Source: Acidimicrobiia bacterium (GTDB lineage Bacteria; Actinomycetota; Acidimicrobiia; Spongiisociales; ZC4RG35). From it: a stretch of DNA of 57,596 bases. Below, piece after piece: positions 55,224-57,596 of the stretch (the first letter of the stretch is position 1; each line of letters starts with the position of its first letter). The DNA lies in NCBI GenBank assembly GCA_041599115.1, contig JBFHXF010000001.1, forward strand, positions 1 through 57,596. Direction: 5' to 3'. A model generated the notes under the pieces. The model did no database searches. It saw only the letters and a list, made by a program, of their open reading frames with translations, and was not told where the DNA came from. The translations under genes were made by a program, and so were the position numbers.

Positions 55224-55649
55224 TCACTCAGGACTCGCGGGCCATCGTGACCGATTCTCCTTGCGAACCACAAACCGCAGACCCGACCAGATATCGTCGA
55301 TGGCACAGACCTTGTTGTCGACCATACCGGTAGGCAGGAACAGCCCCCGCATGACGGACTCGGTGAGGTCGGTCTCGACTCCCGAGCTCCTTTTGGGCCA
55401 GGCCACCCAGATCGCGCCGTCATGAGGGAGCAGAGTCATTGCAGCGTGGAAGGCTCTTTCGATTTGAGCGGGAAACCGACCGAACACGATGAATAGGTCG
55501 GAACTCCTGAGGTCTTCGTGCAGATCGATATCTGGCGGCAAGACCCCAAGCGTGGCAGCGAATCCGTCGGGGGCACCGGACAGTCCAATGGTCATGCCTT
55601 CTCTGATTCCCAACTTACGGGGGAGGGGTGTTCCGCTGTATCCGACCAT
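55224..55649 (-). CDS. DUF3052 family protein
   Basis: MVGYSGTPLPRKLGIREGMTI...IWVAWPKRSSG is typical of DUF3052. Confidence 0.75.
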   Translation of the reverse strand: MVGYSGTPLPRKLGIREGMTIGLSGAPDGFAATLGVLPPDIDLHEDLRSSDLFIVFGRFPAQIERAFHAAMTLLPHDGAIWVAWPKRSSGVETDLTESVMRGLFLPTGMVDNKVCAIDDIWSGLRFVVRKENRSRWPASPE

Positions 55650-55695
55650 GACAGTGATTAGTGATTGGTGATTATGACTTGGCTTCTATGGGCAC

Positions 55696-56133
55696 TCAGC
55701 CCTCCACGAACGGCCTTCTCCACTCGGGGGCGTCGAATGGGGTGGCCCAATACCAGACCTCTTCGGAGACCAGGCCATCGTCCAGTTTGAGGATCCCAAC
55801 CAGGTTGAACTGCCCCATACCGGCGTAATCGGCGGTCCCCTCGATGACGAAGGTGTCGCCGCTCCCCATGACGGTGATTATTGGCGGTCCAAACGGAAGT
55901 GGCCTGGAAACCTGGACCGCCTCCTTTTCTCCGCGAATATCGACGATCTTTCCCTCCGGAAGACCCGAGGGATAGTTGCTCAGCATCGCCACATAGTTGT
56001 CACGACCCTTGATGACTTCCCCTGATTGTGGATACCTGACCACGATGTTCGGGTGCATCAACTCCGCGCTAGCAAGTGGATCCCGGTTCACCAGCGACTC
56101 CGAATATCGCTTCACCGCTGTTCGATTATTCAT
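55696..56133 (-). CDS. NTF2-like / SnoaL-like (ketosteroid isomerase fold) protein
   Basis: 145 aa. Size and N-terminal pattern (VKRYSESLVNRDPLASAELMHPNIVVRYP) fit the NTF2-like superfamily. Confidence 0.65.
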   Translation of the reverse strand: MNNRTAVKRYSESLVNRDPLASAELMHPNIVVRYPQSGEVIKGRDNYVAMLSNYPSGLPEGKIVDIRGEKEAVQVSRPLPFGPPIITVMGSGDTFVIEGTADYAGMGQFNLVGILKLDDGLVSEEVWYWATPFDAPEWRRPFVEG

Positions 56134-56233
56134 CTGCGCCCTTTCCGGCCATTCCGATGAGCCCGGAAGAACCTACATCGAACGTCGGTGACCGGGCCCG
56201 GTCTTCGGCCGCAAACAGCCGTCCGGTTCACGG

Positions 56234-56665
56234 TCAGACGCCGTCGGCCAGCTGGCGTTGGTATTCATCCGCGTCGAAAGTGCCGATCGATTGCGCCACC
56301 AGACCCAGGGGGGAGAAGGTCCAACTCTCCCATCCACTGAATCGCACCCGGTAGCCGGTGCCGCCGGGCCCGGTGTTGGTGCCCGCGAAAGTCCAGAGGT
56401 ATACCGCGCGGTCGGCTGCTCCCCGAACGGCGTCCATCATGACCACCGTGTCGGGGAAGGCGTCATAGAAACCCTGGGCAACCCCGGCAATGGCCACCCG
56501 TCCGACCGCCGGTTCGGCGCCATTCACCGCCAAAGAGCCGTCTTCGGCGAAGAAGGCCGCTACCGAATCTGCGTCGTGTGAACACCAAGCTGCCGTGTAG
56601 CGCATGGCAAAGTCCTCGAGTTGGTCAGCTGTCATGGCGAGGAGGGTATACGTCGCGATCGTCAC
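56234..56665 (-). CDS. NTF2-like / SnoaL-like protein
   Basis: 143 aa. FAMRYTAAWCSHDADSVAAFFAEDGSLAVNG... is typical of the SnoaL/ester-cyclase-like fold. Confidence 0.65.
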   Translation of the reverse strand: MTIATYTLLAMTADQLEDFAMRYTAAWCSHDADSVAAFFAEDGSLAVNGAEPAVGRVAIAGVAQGFYDAFPDTVVMMDAVRGAADRAVYLWTFAGTNTGPGGTGYRVRFSGWESWTFSPLGLVAQSIGTFDADEYQRQLADGV

Positions 56666-56729
56666 CTGTGGACCGCTTTCGACGCCAGGAGGTGACGGCG
56701 ACCGCCTTTAGGGTCCTGGGTACTTCTGT

Positions 56730-57596
56730 TCAGGAAACGACGGCGGAGGCGAGTCGAGCCGCCTCGTCTGGCTGTGGCAGATCGACTTCCTCCGCGTCCA
56801 ACGATGAGAGCTCTTCTCTCAGAAGTCCGGCGAGAGTCGGGAGCCACTCGGCCAGGAGGGGTGCGAAGCTGCTGAACAAGGACTCGATCTCCGCCTTTCC
56901 CTCGTGTGTCTGCGAACGGGCGCTTTTCCGCACCAGCACTCCGTTCTCGGCTTCGACCACCTCGTCGGTCACGAAGAATTTCTCTCCGTCCTCGAAGCTG
57001 CCCGAATAAGTCACGTATTTCGGGGGTCGCCAATCAACGACCTCCTCTTTGATCGTCCCCTGCCCGTGAACGCAGTGGGTCTCGGCGCCGAGACCCCGCC
57101 GGCCCTCGAGATTGGGGTGGAAGATGTCGTCGAACCCGACCTCCCACAGGAGTCGCTTTGAAGGTCGGGTGATCCATTCCCACGCCATCGCGACGGGAAT
57201 GTCCGGCACGAATTCTTCGGATGTCCAAACGGCGTCTTCCGGGGCCACATAGATCCGGCGGCGGGCTTGCTCCATCTTCCAGGCGCGATCCAAATCGTGC
57301 ACCCATCCTGTGACGGCCCCGACGTCGCTGTACTCATCGCTGAACTGGGTCATCCCGAGGAGATCTGGCTCGAGGCCTGTAGCGGCGACAGTGGCGTCGG
57401 TCAAGAGGGCGTAGGCGTGGGCCCCGGTCTCCTCGGCAACGCTGTTCTTGAGCAACCGGTGCACCAGGATGACATCCTCACCGACAAGCTCTGTCATCCC
57501 GAACAGCTCCTGGACGATCACGGTTCCGGTGTGAACGACGAGTTTGAGATCCAGTTGGGGGATCAGACTGCAGGCACCGCACTCGCAAGCCGAAGC
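56730..57596 (-). CDS. DUF2652-like protein with SRPBCC-like C-terminal half (5' end outside window)
   Basis: The frame stays open to the window edge (..ASACECGACSLIPQLDLKLVVHTGTVIVQ..), so the track's GTG 57521 start is probably internal. CxCxxC...LKxVxHxG resembles DUF2652. Confidence 0.6.
   Translation of the reverse strand, partial: ASACECGACSLIPQLDLKLVVHTGTVIVQELFGMTELVGEDVILVHRLLKNSVAEETGAHAYALLTDATVAATGLEPDLLGMTQFSDEYSDVGAVTGWVHDLDRAWKMEQARRRIYVAPEDAVWTSEEFVPDIPVAMAWEWITRPSKRLLWEVGFDDIFHPNLEGRRGLGAETHCVHGQGTIKEEVVDWRPPKYVTYSGSFEDGEKFFVTDEVVEAENGVLVRKSARSQTHEGKAEIESLFSSFAPLLAEWLPTLAGLLREELSSLDAEEVDLPQPDEAARLASAVVS

Noticed and set aside
55142-55333. 63-aa plus-strand ORF overlapping the DUF3052 gene end
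   Set aside because: It overlaps a well-supported minus-strand gene and has Ser/Pro/Arg-rich composition. The 32-aa ORF at 55108-55206 in another frame explains the gap better, though only weakly.

Overview
High-GC (by eye roughly 60-65%) chromosomal segment that looks Actinomycetota-like. Supporting gene content: InhA-type enoyl-ACP reductase, an AdnAB-type helicase-nuclease pair, a mycobacterial-type PlsB, a JAMM/Mec plus MoeZ-like pair, and the rpmF-plsX-rnc-mutM-smc-ftsY backbone. I call about 60 protein genes. They are tightly packed, with many ATGA/GTGA/TGATG start-stop overlaps and several 4-nt convergent stop overlaps. Content is mostly housekeeping: DNA repair (mug, adnA/adnB, a RecB-family nuclease, recG, mutM), lipid synthesis (plsB-like, plsY, plsX, inhA/fabI, fadD), central metabolism (aceE, gdh, threonine dehydratase), ribosome and RNA functions (rpmB, rpmF, yceD, rnc, rsmD), cell envelope (murF-like, ddl), smc, ftsY and cdd, plus an ABC-2 exporter operon and a three-gene secreted copper-protein cluster. 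I saw no rRNA, tRNA, CRISPR array, transposase or integrase. The stand-out is an 847-bp ORF-free gap (28971-29817) between a RecB-family nuclease gene and a bPH/SHOCT membrane-protein gene. On the + strand it is saturated with UUCG- and GAAA-capped hairpins. It contains a duplicated ~54-nt hairpin module whose differences all preserve pairing, two pairs of CGCGAAAA direct repeats, a plausible sigma-A promoter and a closing 10-bp hairpin. I interpret it as a candidate large structured non-coding RNA or giant leader (~690 nt) that I cannot assign to any known RNA class by motif. Secondary points of interest: an aceE / rhodanese-ThiF / JAMM operon with no sulfur-carrier gene, a cupredoxin / NosD-like / NirK-like multicopper oxidase cluster, a membrane-anchored MurF-like ligase coupled to Ddl, and three Cas4/AddB-type four-Cys nuclease domains around adnAB. 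All calls rest on reading the ORF translations and the DNA by eye. No database search, folding or covariation program was run.
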